Source: Myxococcota bacterium
GTDB lineage: Bacteria > Myxococcota_A > SURF-8 > G963663525
Length of the DNA: 64,000 nucleotides
Reading direction: 5' to 3'
Assembly: GCA_963676915.2 (NCBI GenBank)
Contig: CAXXVK010000010.1
Coordinates: 96,001-160,000 of the forward strand
Shown: positions 11,423 to 21,510 of the stretch, piece after piece
How positions within the stretch are numbered: the stretch's first letter is position 1
How the letters are laid out: the number at the start of each line of letters is the position of its first letter
Translations under genes and position numbers: made by a program
The notes under the pieces: model-generated
Told to the model about the DNA's origin: nothing
Databases searched by the model: none
Seen by the model: only the letters and a program-made list of their open reading frames with translations

Positions 11423-13930
11423 ATGAAAACGCGACGAATCTCATTGGCATTACCGCTCCTGTTCGTTGTCGTGATGTTATCCGCGTCTTTGACCGGGTGT
11501 GCGGCGGGTTCTTTTATCGGGTACAAGTGGTTTCCCGATTACCCGAAGGACGAAACGGATACTATGGAAATTCCCGGTATCGAGCAGGACGTCCAGGTGT
11601 ATTTCGATGAGTATGGAATCGCCCATATCGAGGCGCAGAACGAAAAAGACCTGCTGATCGCTATCGGTTTCACGCAGAGTCGTGCCCGCTTCTTCGCCAT
11701 GGATGCCATGCGGCGTTTTGCTCGCGGTCGGGTGTCCGAGCTGGTCGGCGTTCAGAAATTCATGAGCGGCGATACCCTGGACTTCGACATGAGCATGCGA
11801 GGGTGGGGCATCGACAAGGATTGCATCGAAGACGTGAAGCAACTTGACCCGGAAGTGCGTGAGTTGTTGCAGGCGTACACGGATGGAATCAACTATGCGC
11901 TGGAAGAATACCTTCCTCTCGAATACCGGCTGTTGCGTGTCGATCCCGAACCCTGGACGCTGGAAGACACCTTCGCCATGGGTCGTCTGAACGCCTGGAG
12001 CGTGACCCACAACTGGCACCAGGAAGCGTCTCGTCTGATTCTCGCTCTGCACGGTGGGGCGGCGCGTTCGGAGGAAATCTATCCTAGCAAGTTCTGGCCG
12101 GGTGGAACGAGTGCCCCGGATCAGGAAATCGACGCTACGTTGCTTCCGGCGATCCCGGAAGAACTTCTCGAAATGCTGCCTCCGCGTCCCTACAAAGCCT
12201 GGGAAAGCGGAAACGAAACCGCCCAGCGTACCCTTCCCGGTGATGTCGCGCAGATCATGTCGGCTTCCAATGCCTGGGTCGTGGCGGGAGATTACTCCGC
12301 TTCCGGCAAGCCGGTGCTCGCCAACGATCCGCATCTGAGTCACTTTATTCCCTCGATGATGCTTCAACAGCACCTCAAAGCTCCGGGACTGGATGTCATC
12401 GGTGAAACCATCGCCGGTGTTCCCTACATTCTCAGCGGACACAACGGGAACGTGGCCTGGGGTATTACCTCTGCCGTGGGTGATGCCGTGGACCTCTATG
12501 TCGAGAAAGTCAATCCCGAAAATGCGGACGAAGTGCTGACTCCCGAAGGATACAAGCCGATCATCAAGCAGGAACACGTCATTCGCTATATCGAAGACGG
12601 CGATATGATGGAAAAGAAGGTCGTGATTCGCCAAAGCCCGAATGGGCCGATCATGAACGACATGTATCCCAACCTGTTTCCCGAATGGGCGCCTCTCGTG
12701 GCCATCAAGTGGTCCAATACCGGTCTGGGTGCTGGCGTAGCCAACCTCGGCAAAGCCAACCGTGCGAAAACCGTGGAAGAATTGCGCGTCGGTATGGCCG
12801 GAATCGTCACTCCGATTTCGATGTTCAATGCCGCCGACAATCAGGGCACCATCGCCGTGTTCGCAACGGGCAGCATTCCCGAGCGTGACAGTCACCTGGG
12901 AACCTTCCCCGTACCCGGCTGGGTCGATAAATACCAGTGGAAAGGTTTGCGTCCTCCCCTGGAGATGCCTCTTGCCGAGAAAACCAGCGGATATTTCGCG
13001 CATGGAAACAACCTGTACCGCAATCCTCTGCATTCCGAGCGTTTCTTCCAGATCGACTCCGCTCCTTCCTACCGCGTAGACCGAATTCACGAACTTTTGG
13101 CCCAGCGCCAGGATCATAATTTGGGTAGTATGGCCAAGATCCAGGGCGATGTAAAACTGATGCGTGCCGCACGCCTGATGCCGAAGATGCTCGAAGATCT
13201 CAATTCCTGTAGCGGCCTGTCGCCTAAAGAGCAAGAAGTGTTGAAGGTTCTCAATGCCTGGGATTACGAAGCCACCGCCGATTCCGTAGCGACGTTGGTT
13301 TTCTACTCGGTTTATCGGGAAGCCTATTTCGAAGCCCTGCGCGACGAAGTGGACGAAAAAGCCTTCGATTTCCTCGTGGGACAGCGCTACTCCACCAATG
13401 CCGCCGACCTGTGGTACGACAATCCCAATCATGTGGTGTGGGATCATCGCGGCACGGCAGCGCTCGAAACGCGCAAAGATGTCGTTGTGCCGGCATTCAA
13501 AAAAGCCGTTGCCGATTTGGCTAAAACGTACGGTGAAGATATCACCGCCTGGAAGTGGGGCGAAGCCCATTACCTGCACGTCAAGCACCTGTTCGGCAGC
13601 AAGGAAAGCCTCGCCGATTTCGTGAACCTGAAGCGTAGCCCGGCGGCTGGCGGACTGGATTCGGTCTGGAAATCCCACTTCGATCTCGGACATCCTGAGA
13701 CGCCGTTCAAAGCGACGGCCGGTCCCGTGTTCCGAATGGTGGTGGATTTAGGCGACCCCGACCACGGTAAGTGGATCAGCGATACCGGCGTGTCCGCATG
13801 GCCCGGATCTCCCCACTATGACGACCAGCATGATAAGTGGCTGAAAGAGGAATTCATTCCGATGATGTACAACTGGGATGAAATCAAGGCGAACGCCAAA
13901 GGCGTGTTGACCTTGAAAAAAGTGGACTAA
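11423..13930 (+). CDS. Penicillin acylase family (Ntn hydrolase, S45) lipoprotein
   Basis: ATG after AAGGAGG; lipobox LTGC; SNAWVV nucleophile, LANDPHL, SPHYDDQ. Confidence 0.92.
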   Translation: MKTRRISLALPLLFVVVMLSASLTGCAAGSFIGYKWFPDYPKDETDTMEIPGIEQDVQVYFDEYGIAHIEAQNEKDLLIAIGFTQSRARFFAMDAMRRFARGRVSELVGVQKFMSGDTLDFDMSMRGWGIDKDCIEDVKQLDPEVRELLQAYTDGINYALEEYLPLEYRLLRVDPEPWTLEDTFAMGRLNAWSVTHNWHQEASRLILALHGGAARSEEIYPSKFWPGGTSAPDQEIDATLLPAIPEELLEMLPPRPYKAWESGNETAQRTLPGDVAQIMSASNAWVVAGDYSASGKPVLANDPHLSHFIPSMMLQQHLKAPGLDVIGETIAGVPYILSGHNGNVAWGITSAVGDAVDLYVEKVNPENADEVLTPEGYKPIIKQEHVIRYIEDGDMMEKKVVIRQSPNGPIMNDMYPNLFPEWAPLVAIKWSNTGLGAGVANLGKANRAKTVEELRVGMAGIVTPISMFNAADNQGTIAVFATGSIPERDSHLGTFPVPGWVDKYQWKGLRPPLEMPLAEKTSGYFAHGNNLYRNPLHSERFFQIDSAPSYRVDRIHELLAQRQDHNLGSMAKIQGDVKLMRAARLMPKMLEDLNSCSGLSPKEQEVLKVLNAWDYEATADSVATLVFYSVYREAYFEALRDEVDEKAFDFLVGQRYSTNAADLWYDNPNHVVWDHRGTAALETRKDVVVPAFKKAVADLAKTYGEDITAWKWGEAHYLHVKHLFGSKESLADFVNLKRSPAAGGLDSVWKSHFDLGHPETPFKATAGPVFRMVVDLGDPDHGKWISDTGVSAWPGSPHYDDQHDKWLKEEFIPMMYNWDEIKANAKGVLTLKKVD

Positions 13931-13951
13931 CCGCTAGCCCATAGGTTTCTC

Positions 13952-13984
13952 AACAGCCCTTTTCCATCGGAAAAGGGCTGTTTT
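13952..13984. terminator. Terminator between convergent genes
   Basis: AACAGCCCTTTTCC-ATC-GGAAAAGGGCTGTTTT. Confidence 0.8.
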
Positions 13985-14016
13985 CGTTTGTGCGGTCTAG
14001 CGTTTGATAACCGGAT

Positions 14017-14048
14017 GGGGTAGCAAGGGCTAACCGTAGGTTGCTCTT
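14017..14048 (+). repeat. REP-like hairpin, GGGTRGCA family
   Basis: GGGGTAGCAAGGGCTAACC-GTA-GGTTGCTCTT; close relative at 52606-52638. Confidence 0.6.
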
Positions 14049-14073
14049 CTTCTCTATATCCGTTCTTCCCGAC

Positions 14074-15861
14074 TCAGGGGAGAACGAGCACTTCGACACG
14101 TCCCGGGCGCTGACGGATTTTGAAACGGGCTCGGCGGTTGAGTTCGATTTCTACGTAGAGCGTTTTCTGTTTCGGTCGCCAATCGGGACGTACCGCCGTT
14201 ACCGGGGTTTTCATGACCTGTGTATACAGCGGAAACAGCAGCAATCGTGAGGGCACGATGATCGGTTCCAGCTTGATCGATAACCGGGTGTGGCCTTTCC
14301 AGGTCCAGCTTACCTTGCAACGCCCCTCCAGAGGGATGGTTATCTCCGCCCGATGGTCTTCGGCTTTGAACGCGATGGGTTTTAGTGTCGCCGGACCTTT
14401 CATTTCAGTTGAGGTCGGAGATTCGGAGCTAGAAGATGTTCCCAAGCGTTCCTGTTTTTGTTTGGCATATTGTTTTTGCCGTTCCTGCCATTGTTTTTCC
14501 CGAGCTTGTTTACGGCTTGCAATAAGAGTGGATTGCTTGGTTTTTCGAACGGCTTCGGCTTCCTGCTTGCGCCGTTCTTCTTTCTCCTGGTCCAATCGGA
14601 CCAATCGGGCATTTTCTTCTTGTTGTTGTTTGCGAAGTTGTTCCAAACGTTGTTTTTCTTGGCGTTCTTTTTCCAAAAGTTCCTGTTTGGCGCGTTCGCG
14701 TTGCTGTCGTTCTTCTTCCCGGCGCAAGGTTTCTTCACGCTCTCGTTCCTGGCGCTCTTTTTCCAGTCTCGCCAGTTTTAGCCGTTCGCGTTCCTGTCGT
14801 TCTTTTTCGATTCGAAGCGCTTCGAGCCGTTCCTTTTCCTTACGCTCCTTTTCCAGTCGTTTTCTTTCTTGCTGTTCTTTTTCCCTTTGCAGTGCTTCTT
14901 GTCGTTCTTTTTCGATCCGTTCCCGTTCCAAGCGGGCCAGTGCGAGCCGTTTTCGTTCTTTTCGCTCTTTTTCCTGTCGTTCTTTCTCCAAACGAGCGAG
15001 TTCGAGTCGTTCTCTTTCTTTTCGTTCACGTTCGATTCGCGCTGCTTCGATCCGTTCGCGTTCTTCGGTTACCGATCGTTGTACGTGCCAGAACCAGCGG
15101 GATTCCTGGGCCAGACGATTTCGTTTGTCTCCGGCTCGGGTGGCGACGCCATCCCGTTCTTTTCGTAAAAGGTCCATTTCCCGTTGACGGGCTTCTTCCT
15201 TGGCGCGGCGAGCGGCCAATTCGGCGATCATCGCTTCCCGCTCGCGGCGTTCCCGCTCTCGTTTCTGTTCGAGAGCCAGCAGGCGCTTTCGCTCTTCTTC
15301 CGCACGCTTTTCCTCTTCCAGTCTGCGTTTTCGTTCTTCTTCCAGCCTCATGGCCGCCACCTGGGCGGCTTCTTCTTCAAGAGATTCGGGAAGTGGAGAA
15401 GATTCGGCCACCGCTATCGGTGGTGGTTCGTAAGGCTCCAGCGATTCGACGAAAAGGGTCAGACGGTTGCCGTCAGTTTCGGCGCTGAATTCAACCTCGA
15501 CCCGAGGGTAAAGAATCAGTAAAACCGTGGAAGTCTCCGAAACAACACGTATTTCGGCTTGCTCAAGAAAGCCGTTTTTCGGTGTCTTCAATTCACCGGG
15601 GTGGGCGCAGTCAGCAGGACTGAACTCGAAGAAGATCCGGTAGGGGGCCGACAGTTCGTAGGTCGAAAACTGGGGCGGCTCGTTTCCCGAAAGCCGGATC
15701 TCGAATCCTCCGTTTGCTTCGCGTCCTTCAACCTGTTCGATGTGATTGGATGCCCACGTCGATGCAGCGAACCCCAAGAGAATCCAGAGGAACACCCCCA
15801 CATGGAAAGTAAAGTGCAGCCGATAGCCGCGTGTTAGTGTCGATGGTGGCGCACCAACCAT
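14074..15861 (-). CDS. Exported AMIN-domain protein with long E/R/K helical spacer and probable second AMIN domain
   Basis: Signal-like segment; FSTYELSAPYRIFFEF AMIN motif; about 300 aa E/R/K/Q repeats; beta-rich C-terminal domain; start uncertain. Confidence 0.7.
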   Translation of the reverse strand: MVGAPPSTLTRGYRLHFTFHVGVFLWILLGFAASTWASNHIEQVEGREANGGFEIRLSGNEPPQFSTYELSAPYRIFFEFSPADCAHPGELKTPKNGFLEQAEIRVVSETSTVLLILYPRVEVEFSAETDGNRLTLFVESLEPYEPPPIAVAESSPLPESLEEEAAQVAAMRLEEERKRRLEEEKRAEEERKRLLALEQKRERERREREAMIAELAARRAKEEARQREMDLLRKERDGVATRAGDKRNRLAQESRWFWHVQRSVTEERERIEAARIERERKERERLELARLEKERQEKERKERKRLALARLERERIEKERQEALQREKEQQERKRLEKERKEKERLEALRIEKERQERERLKLARLEKERQEREREETLRREEERQQRERAKQELLEKERQEKQRLEQLRKQQQEENARLVRLDQEKEERRKQEAEAVRKTKQSTLIASRKQAREKQWQERQKQYAKQKQERLGTSSSSESPTSTEMKGPATLKPIAFKAEDHRAEITIPLEGRCKVSWTWKGHTRLSIKLEPIIVPSRLLLFPLYTQVMKTPVTAVRPDWRPKQKTLYVEIELNRRARFKIRQRPGRVEVLVLP

Positions 15862-17153
15862 GGGCGAGCTTCTCCGGCAATGTAAAGGGAACCGAAAACC
15901 ACGACCAGCCCGTCATCGGGAACGAGGTCGCGGGCCAGACGCAAGGCCGCCGAGCAGATCTTGCGGCGGCGAACCTTTTGGCCATGCTCTTTGAGAAATT
16001 GGGCGAGACGTTCGTGCGGCAAGGCGCGTTCGTATCGAACCCTCGTGGCAATCCAGAAATCGATGAGGCCGAACATCGGTTCCAGCACGCCGTCGATGTC
16101 CTTGTCCGACATCATCCCTGTTACCGCGTAAATGGGACGGTCGGAGATGTTGTGCTTCAGATAATTGGCCAACGATGCGACGGCTTCGGGGTTGTGAGCG
16201 CCGTCCAGCAGCCATTTGGGACCATCGCCGAACGGCTCCAAACGAGCGATCCATCGGGTGGCGGACAAGCCTTTGCGGATGGCGTCGTCGGGAATGTCGA
16301 AGCCTTTGTGTCGTAGTTCAAGGGCTAACGATACCGCGAGAGAGGCGTTGTCCAGTTGATGGTCTCCGACGAGTCCCGGCGCCAGGGCATCGATACGCAG
16401 GTCATCTCCCTGAACGTAGGTCCAGGCGTCGGAGTCGCGTACCCAGCCGAAATCTTCGCCCAGGGCTTTGCGGGTGACGTTCAGTTTTTCTGCCCTACGT
16501 TTGACCACACTTGCACCGATGTCCGGCAATCGCCCGGTAATCAGCGGAACGCCCTGTTTGAGAATCCCTGCTTTTTCACGGGCGATTTTTCCCAATGTGT
16601 CGCCCAGCCACTGCGTATGTTCGATCGATAGCGAAGTGATTGCCGTTGCCGTGGGTGAACAGATGTTGGTGGCGTCCAGGCGTCCGCCCATACCGGTTTC
16701 CAAAAGCGCGATATCGACGTTTTCCCGGCGAAAGTAGTCTATCGCCATCGCGGTGGTGATTTCGAAAAACGTGGGGTTGAAGGGGTTCTTTTTCGCACTT
16801 TTTCGCGTCAATTCGTCCGAAGCTCGTTTTACATGAGCCGCCATGGCGCGGGTTTTGCGAGGGCTTGCCTCTTCCATGTCGATACGGAATCGTTCGCCCA
16901 GGCGAATCAGGTGCGGGGAGGAATAAAACCCCACCTTATATCCGGCCGCCGTAAGAATGTTGGACAAAAAAGAGCAACTCGACCCCTTGCCGTTGGACCC
17001 GGCGACGTGTACCACCGGATAGGACAACTGTGGATCGCCCAGTTGCCGGGCCAGTCGTTTCATGTTGTTCAAGCCAAGCTTGATGCCGAACATTTCCCGT
17101 TCGAAAACCCATCGAATCGGATCGTCGGAAATGGAGCGTTTCAAGATGTTCAT
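15834..17153 (-). CDS. folC: Folylpolyglutamate synthase/dihydrofolate synthase
   Basis: HVAGSNGKGS, SPHL, ETGMGGRLDATN, LDGAHNP, FGSLY. Confidence 0.97.
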   Translation of the reverse strand: MNILKRSISDDPIRWVFEREMFGIKLGLNNMKRLARQLGDPQLSYPVVHVAGSNGKGSSCSFLSNILTAAGYKVGFYSSPHLIRLGERFRIDMEEASPRKTRAMAAHVKRASDELTRKSAKKNPFNPTFFEITTAMAIDYFRRENVDIALLETGMGGRLDATNICSPTATAITSLSIEHTQWLGDTLGKIAREKAGILKQGVPLITGRLPDIGASVVKRRAEKLNVTRKALGEDFGWVRDSDAWTYVQGDDLRIDALAPGLVGDHQLDNASLAVSLALELRHKGFDIPDDAIRKGLSATRWIARLEPFGDGPKWLLDGAHNPEAVASLANYLKHNISDRPIYAVTGMMSDKDIDGVLEPMFGLIDFWIATRVRYERALPHERLAQFLKEHGQKVRRRKICSAALRLARDLVPDDGLVVVFGSLYIAGEARPWLVRHHRH

Positions 17154-17155
17154 CC

Positions 17156-19582
17156 CTATTTCGTGGTCATGACCCATACGCCGTCCCATTGCTCGGGAGG
17201 CGGATTTTGCCTGTATTGCTCGACCCTTTCGATGAATGAAGTGGCGGGGAAATCGTCCGGGACGATTTCCAGCACCTTCTTGAAACTGGCCACGGCGTCA
17301 TCCCATTTTTGTTGGCGGTACAGCGCTAGACCCTTCTCGAAGTGCGCGACCAACTCTTGTTGTTCGCGTTTTCCTTTGCCTTTGGCCACTAACTCATAAA
17401 TTCGTACCGGTTCCAGTTTTCCTTTCACACGAATCGAATCGAGTTCACGGCAGAGGAATGTATCTCCGATTCGCTCTTTTGTAAACTCCGTAATGATAAT
17501 GCAGGTGCCGTATTCTTTGTTGACACCTTCGACGCGGGAACCGAGGTTCACGCCGTCGCCCAGCAGGGAATAGTCGAAACGCAGGTCCGATCCCATGTTA
17601 CCGACCCACATTTCTCCCGTGTTGACTCCGATACCGATGCGCATGGAGTGCATTTTCGGTTTGTCGGGGTAGGTTTCCTGCCAGAATTTTCGCAGTTTAT
17701 CCAACCGATCGATCATTTCAAGCGCCGTTTCGCAGGCTCGATGCGCCGAGTCAGGAAGATTTACCGGAGCACCCCAGAAGGCCATGATCGCGTCACCCAT
17801 GTATTTGTCCAACACGCCGTCGTGCTTGAGAACGATCTTGGTCATGGGGTTCAGGTATTCGTTCATCAGGCGGCCCAGTTCGTCAGGAGTGAGGGTCTCG
17901 GACAGGGTGGTAAAGCTGCGAATATCCGAGAATAGTACCGAAATTTCGCGTCGTTCTCCACCGAGCTTGAGCTTGTCGAAGTCGTTCATCACCGAATCGA
18001 TAACCGAAGCGTTGAGGTATTGTTGGAAGGCGCTGCGGGTACGACGGCGCTCACGTTCTTCGGTAATGTACCGGTAAATGTAAACCGAGAGGAAAATCAT
18101 GAACGCTTCGGTCAGCGGCATGACGGTTTGAATCAGGTATCCATTACTGAAAAACAGATATTTGTCCATGACCAGATAACCGCCGATCAACGCTATGATA
18201 AACAGTGCTCCCCACAGTGCGGCGACCCGTTGCAGAACGAGTCCGAAAAGCAGGCCGAAAAACAGCACCACGCCGAGTTCGAAATAATAAGCCCAATCCG
18301 GGCGGCTGAGGAAGTTGTTGTTGATGATGTTGTCGATCACGTTGGCGTGAATTTCGACACCGGGGAAGTCTTCCTGGAACGGCATGACGCGCAGGTCGTA
18401 AGCCGCGGTGGCCGTGACACCGACGAGGATGATTTTATCCTTCAGCTCGTTCACAATGTGAATGATTTTTGTGCAACCCATTTTTGTATAGGCATCCGGC
18501 TGTTCTTCCCGAACCTGTGAGCAGTAGGCCGCACGGATGATGTCGATCACCGAGTAATGGGTAAAGGTTTGTTCCGGTCCGTGGTAGTTGACAAGCAAGC
18601 GTCCCTCGTGGTTGCAGGGAATCAACACCGATCCATCGCCTCTTCCGAGAGAAATCGATTCCACCCCTTTGTAATAGGTGTTGATGATGATTTCCTGATC
18701 GAGATAGACCGAAGAGGCTTTCAATGACAATGAGGGATACAAAAGCTCGTGATCCGGGTCGTCATCTTTGACTTCCTGTATCAGGTCGGCCCAACGCAGA
18801 CTTCCATCGGTGTCCGGTAAAAAGCTGAAATGACCGAAATAATCGGTTTCATCCGCGAAAATATCCAACGGAGCGCGGATGGCCAGCCCGGTTCGATAGT
18901 GTTGTTCGTAGAGATGTTCGTCCTCGGGTGTCAGAGGACTTGTCATGCTGATTTTGCTTAGTTCGACGGCTTCGATACCGTGAGCGAGTATTTCGGGGTT
19001 CAGGTGTTTGACTTCTTCCGGATTGGTGAAAATAAAGAAGCCCAGAATCACCCCGACATCGTTTTCGTCGGCTCGGGCGATGGATTCGGCCAATACCTTA
19101 TCCGGGTCGTCTTTTTCTTTCAGATCGTCGATGTAATCCAGGATGACATCCCGTGTTTCCTGGCATTCCTCGCCGCATTCCTCCTGTTCGATTTTTTCTA
19201 TCCCTTGAGCCAATTCATTGGCAACGTACGCGAAACGGCTGCGGTCTTCGTCGGAAAACACGATATCGAAGGCGATGACCCTTGTTCCCGCAAGATTGAG
19301 GGAGTCGATCATCGCGGCGATATGTTTCCGATTCCAGGGCCAGCGTCCAAGGGCTTGGATGGATTTTTCGTCGATGGCGGCGATAGCCACTTTGTTACTG
19401 TGGGGTGTAATACCGCGATTGAGGAATTTCACGTCCAGTGCTTTGAGTTCCATCAGGTCGAAGAACCCGAAATCCCAACCATTTTCCTCTTTCAACAGGA
19501 AAATGACGAAGAAGATCAGCGATACCAACATGCTGAGTCGGAAAACACTCAATCGTAACCACGACCGGCGCTTTTTCGCCAT
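17156..19582 (-). CDS. CHASE2-domain class III adenylate cyclase
   Basis: IDEKSI...WPWNR and PGVEIHA (CHASE2), 3 TM, FSDIRSFT, DKYMGDAIMAFWGAP, GDGVNLGSRVEG. Confidence 0.93.
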   Translation of the reverse strand: MAKKRRSWLRLSVFRLSMLVSLIFFVIFLLKEENGWDFGFFDLMELKALDVKFLNRGITPHSNKVAIAAIDEKSIQALGRWPWNRKHIAAMIDSLNLAGTRVIAFDIVFSDEDRSRFAYVANELAQGIEKIEQEECGEECQETRDVILDYIDDLKEKDDPDKVLAESIARADENDVGVILGFFIFTNPEEVKHLNPEILAHGIEAVELSKISMTSPLTPEDEHLYEQHYRTGLAIRAPLDIFADETDYFGHFSFLPDTDGSLRWADLIQEVKDDDPDHELLYPSLSLKASSVYLDQEIIINTYYKGVESISLGRGDGSVLIPCNHEGRLLVNYHGPEQTFTHYSVIDIIRAAYCSQVREEQPDAYTKMGCTKIIHIVNELKDKIILVGVTATAAYDLRVMPFQEDFPGVEIHANVIDNIINNNFLSRPDWAYYFELGVVLFFGLLFGLVLQRVAALWGALFIIALIGGYLVMDKYLFFSNGYLIQTVMPLTEAFMIFLSVYIYRYITEERERRRTRSAFQQYLNASVIDSVMNDFDKLKLGGERREISVLFSDIRSFTTLSETLTPDELGRLMNEYLNPMTKIVLKHDGVLDKYMGDAIMAFWGAPVNLPDSAHRACETALEMIDRLDKLRKFWQETYPDKPKMHSMRIGIGVNTGEMWVGNMGSDLRFDYSLLGDGVNLGSRVEGVNKEYGTCIIITEFTKERIGDTFLCRELDSIRVKGKLEPVRIYELVAKGKGKREQQELVAHFEKGLALYRQQKWDDAVASFKKVLEIVPDDFPATSFIERVEQYRQNPPPEQWDGVWVMTTK

Positions 19583-19670
19583 GTCACCACCCCTTTCCGA
19601 AAAGCAAACCCTTCACGATGACACAGTATGGCGCACAATGAGGTTTTTTGGCAAGGGGAAGATTTATTTT

Positions 19671-19872
19671 GGGTGCATCACAAAATGGTGCGAATTGGCC
19701 CAATAATATTGAAGCATTCATTCATTTGGTTGTAGCGGCGAGGCGTAAGCCCGCCGAAAAGGGAGATTGGGGGTATAAAAGCAACTTTCAAAAGGCAAAA
19801 ACGGCGGGCTTACGCCTCGCCGCTACGAAAAAAGAGGATTTTACGAAAGTCGCACTATTTTGTGATGCACCC
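19671..19872. mobile_element. 202-bp MITE-like element with 26-bp TIRs containing a REP doublet
   Basis: TIRs 19671-19696/19847-19872 match 24/26; TTTATTT on both flanks; internal perfect 25-bp inverted GTAG repeats at 19732-19756/19802-19826. Confidence 0.8.
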
Positions 19873-19956
19873 ATTTATTTGGGGACTCTAGCGAAATGTG
19901 TTGGATGGGTGGAAGCGATTTTATATAAGAGCTTCGTTTTTTCTTGAGTGTAAAAT

Positions 19957-19995
19957 AAAAAAGGCTGTGCTTCCGGTAGGTTGCACAGCCTTTTT
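19957..19995. terminator. Terminator downstream of the anti-sigma gene
   Basis: AAAAAAGGCTGTGC...GCACAGCCTTTTT. Confidence 0.8.
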
Positions 19996-20022
19996 ACTTT
20001 GGAATGTTTTTTCGAAAGAAGG

Positions 20023-20772
20023 TTAGAAACTCAGGTCGGCGGTTTCGACGGCTTTCATCAGGTTGGATTCGTTGTCGTCGGATACCAGGGTGTAGATCAA
20101 CTTACGGTCCCGCCATGCCACGACATTGAACCCTCGCCGCTGATCCAGGTAGACTTCGCGATTTCCAGCACGCCGCACGGTTCCGGCAAGATCATGGTTG
20201 CCGGTGTCGGTCGCCACGACCAGCGAATACCGCCGTCCTTCCCGCTGGAAACCGTAGTACGCAGCGGAGTGATTGTACACACGGTCCACCCGACCCCCGA
20301 CCAGTTCGATGCGGGAATTGGTGAATTTGACCGACGGGACGGCGAACCCGGTCTTTTTCCGTAAATATGTACGGACGGTTTTGTAATCGGGAGATTGTAC
20401 GTCGTAAGGCAACTCTTTGGTGTGGACGTCCACCGCCGCTTCGACGATCGGAGAAATTTCGATGCGGGGTTGGAACAGAATGACAGCGAAAACCAACGCC
20501 ATGGCCATGGCCGGAGCCAGTTTCCAGGCCAATGGGACGCTCTTTTTTCGCTGTTCCATCATCGATAGCGCCACCTGGGCGCGCAGAGCGCGTGGGGCTT
20601 CCTCGTTGGTTACCGCTTGGCGCACTCCCCGTTTGAACCAGCGTTCGAAGGCGACTTTCTGTTGGCAGACCGGGCAGTATTTGAAGTGGGATTCAATTTC
20701 CTGCTCTTCCCCTTCGGTAAATTCGCCATCGAGATACGGTTGAAGATATTGTTCGAAATCTTTGCAATCCAT
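20023..20772 (-). CDS. Zinc-binding (ZAS, zf-HC2) transmembrane anti-sigma factor
   Basis: MDC...YLDGE...HFKYCPVC (HxxxCxxC), one TM, C-terminal domain; follows ECF sigma. Confidence 0.9.
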   Translation of the reverse strand: MDCKDFEQYLQPYLDGEFTEGEEQEIESHFKYCPVCQQKVAFERWFKRGVRQAVTNEEAPRALRAQVALSMMEQRKKSVPLAWKLAPAMAMALVFAVILFQPRIEISPIVEAAVDVHTKELPYDVQSPDYKTVRTYLRKKTGFAVPSVKFTNSRIELVGGRVDRVYNHSAAYYGFQREGRRYSLVVATDTGNHDLAGTVRRAGNREVYLDQRRGFNVVAWRDRKLIYTLVSDDNESNLMKAVETADLSF

Positions 20773-20785
20773 GAGTCGTTCTCCC

Positions 20786-21445
20786 TCAATCCCGTTCTCG
20801 CGATCCGTTGACCGCTTTGAGCGAGGTCACGGTTGCCTCTTTTTGGGTTTCTTTCGTGTCGTTCGACGTTATTCTCACGATCCCTTCCCGGACCGCGTAT
20901 TCCTGCAACGCCTTTTTCATCGCCCGCCGTCCCCGGTTGAGGCGTGACATGATCGTGCCGATCGGAACATCAAGTGCCTGGGCTGCCTCTGCGTAGGAAA
21001 ATTCCTGCAAATCCACCAGATCCACCACGATTCGGAAATTATCGGGTAAATCCGTAAACGCCTTTTGCACCTCGTCGCTCATCGAATCACCCATCGGAAC
21101 GTTGTGACGCGCAAATTCCGTTTGCGTCCATTCGTCGATGAACCGGCCTTCGATATCCCCGAAATCGAAATCACGGGCGAGATGTTCTTTTTCCCGGCGG
21201 TTTTTTCGATACTGATTGATAAACGTGTTGGTCAGGATTTTGAACATCCAGGCTTTCAGGTTGGTACCATCCTGAAAACGATCTTTGAACCGATACGCAC
21301 GCAGGTAGGTTTCCTGTACGAGGTCTTCGGCGTCTTTGCGGTTGCGCGTCATGCGCAACGCGCTGGAATACAGGCTATCCATCAGGGCAAGCGTCTGCTC
21401 TGTAAATTCGTTGTCTTGCTTGCGTTGTGAAAACCACCCGAACAT
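20786..21445 (-). CDS. ECF sigma factor, SigR/SigH (ECF12)-like
   Basis: LYSSALRMTRNRKDAEDLVQETYLRA, GTNLKAWMFKILTNTFINQYRK, PIGTIMSRLNRGR. Confidence 0.93.
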   Translation of the reverse strand: MFGWFSQRKQDNEFTEQTLALMDSLYSSALRMTRNRKDAEDLVQETYLRAYRFKDRFQDGTNLKAWMFKILTNTFINQYRKNRREKEHLARDFDFGDIEGRFIDEWTQTEFARHNVPMGDSMSDEVQKAFTDLPDNFRIVVDLVDLQEFSYAEAAQALDVPIGTIMSRLNRGRRAMKKALQEYAVREGIVRITSNDTKETQKEATVTSLKAVNGSRERD

Positions 21446-21510
21446 GGAGCCGTTCTCCTTGTTTTCCGGCTTATAAAACCGCTAGCCGGAGGTCGCCGTG
21501 TTGAAAATGT

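Noticed and set aside
11477-13693. Long antisense ORFs (also 1099-2337, 44818-46641, 53697-55403, 8693-9745)
   Set aside because: Shadows of well-supported genes on the opposite strand; no motifs of their own
14440-15350. Pyrimidine-rich low-complexity tract on the plus strand
   Set aside because: Explained by Glu/Arg/Lys codons of the minus-strand helical spacer
19648-19947. Small ORFs over repeat elements (also 28986-29192, 57575-58024, 34828-35194)
   Set aside because: Overlap MITE/REP sequence and show no protein-like features
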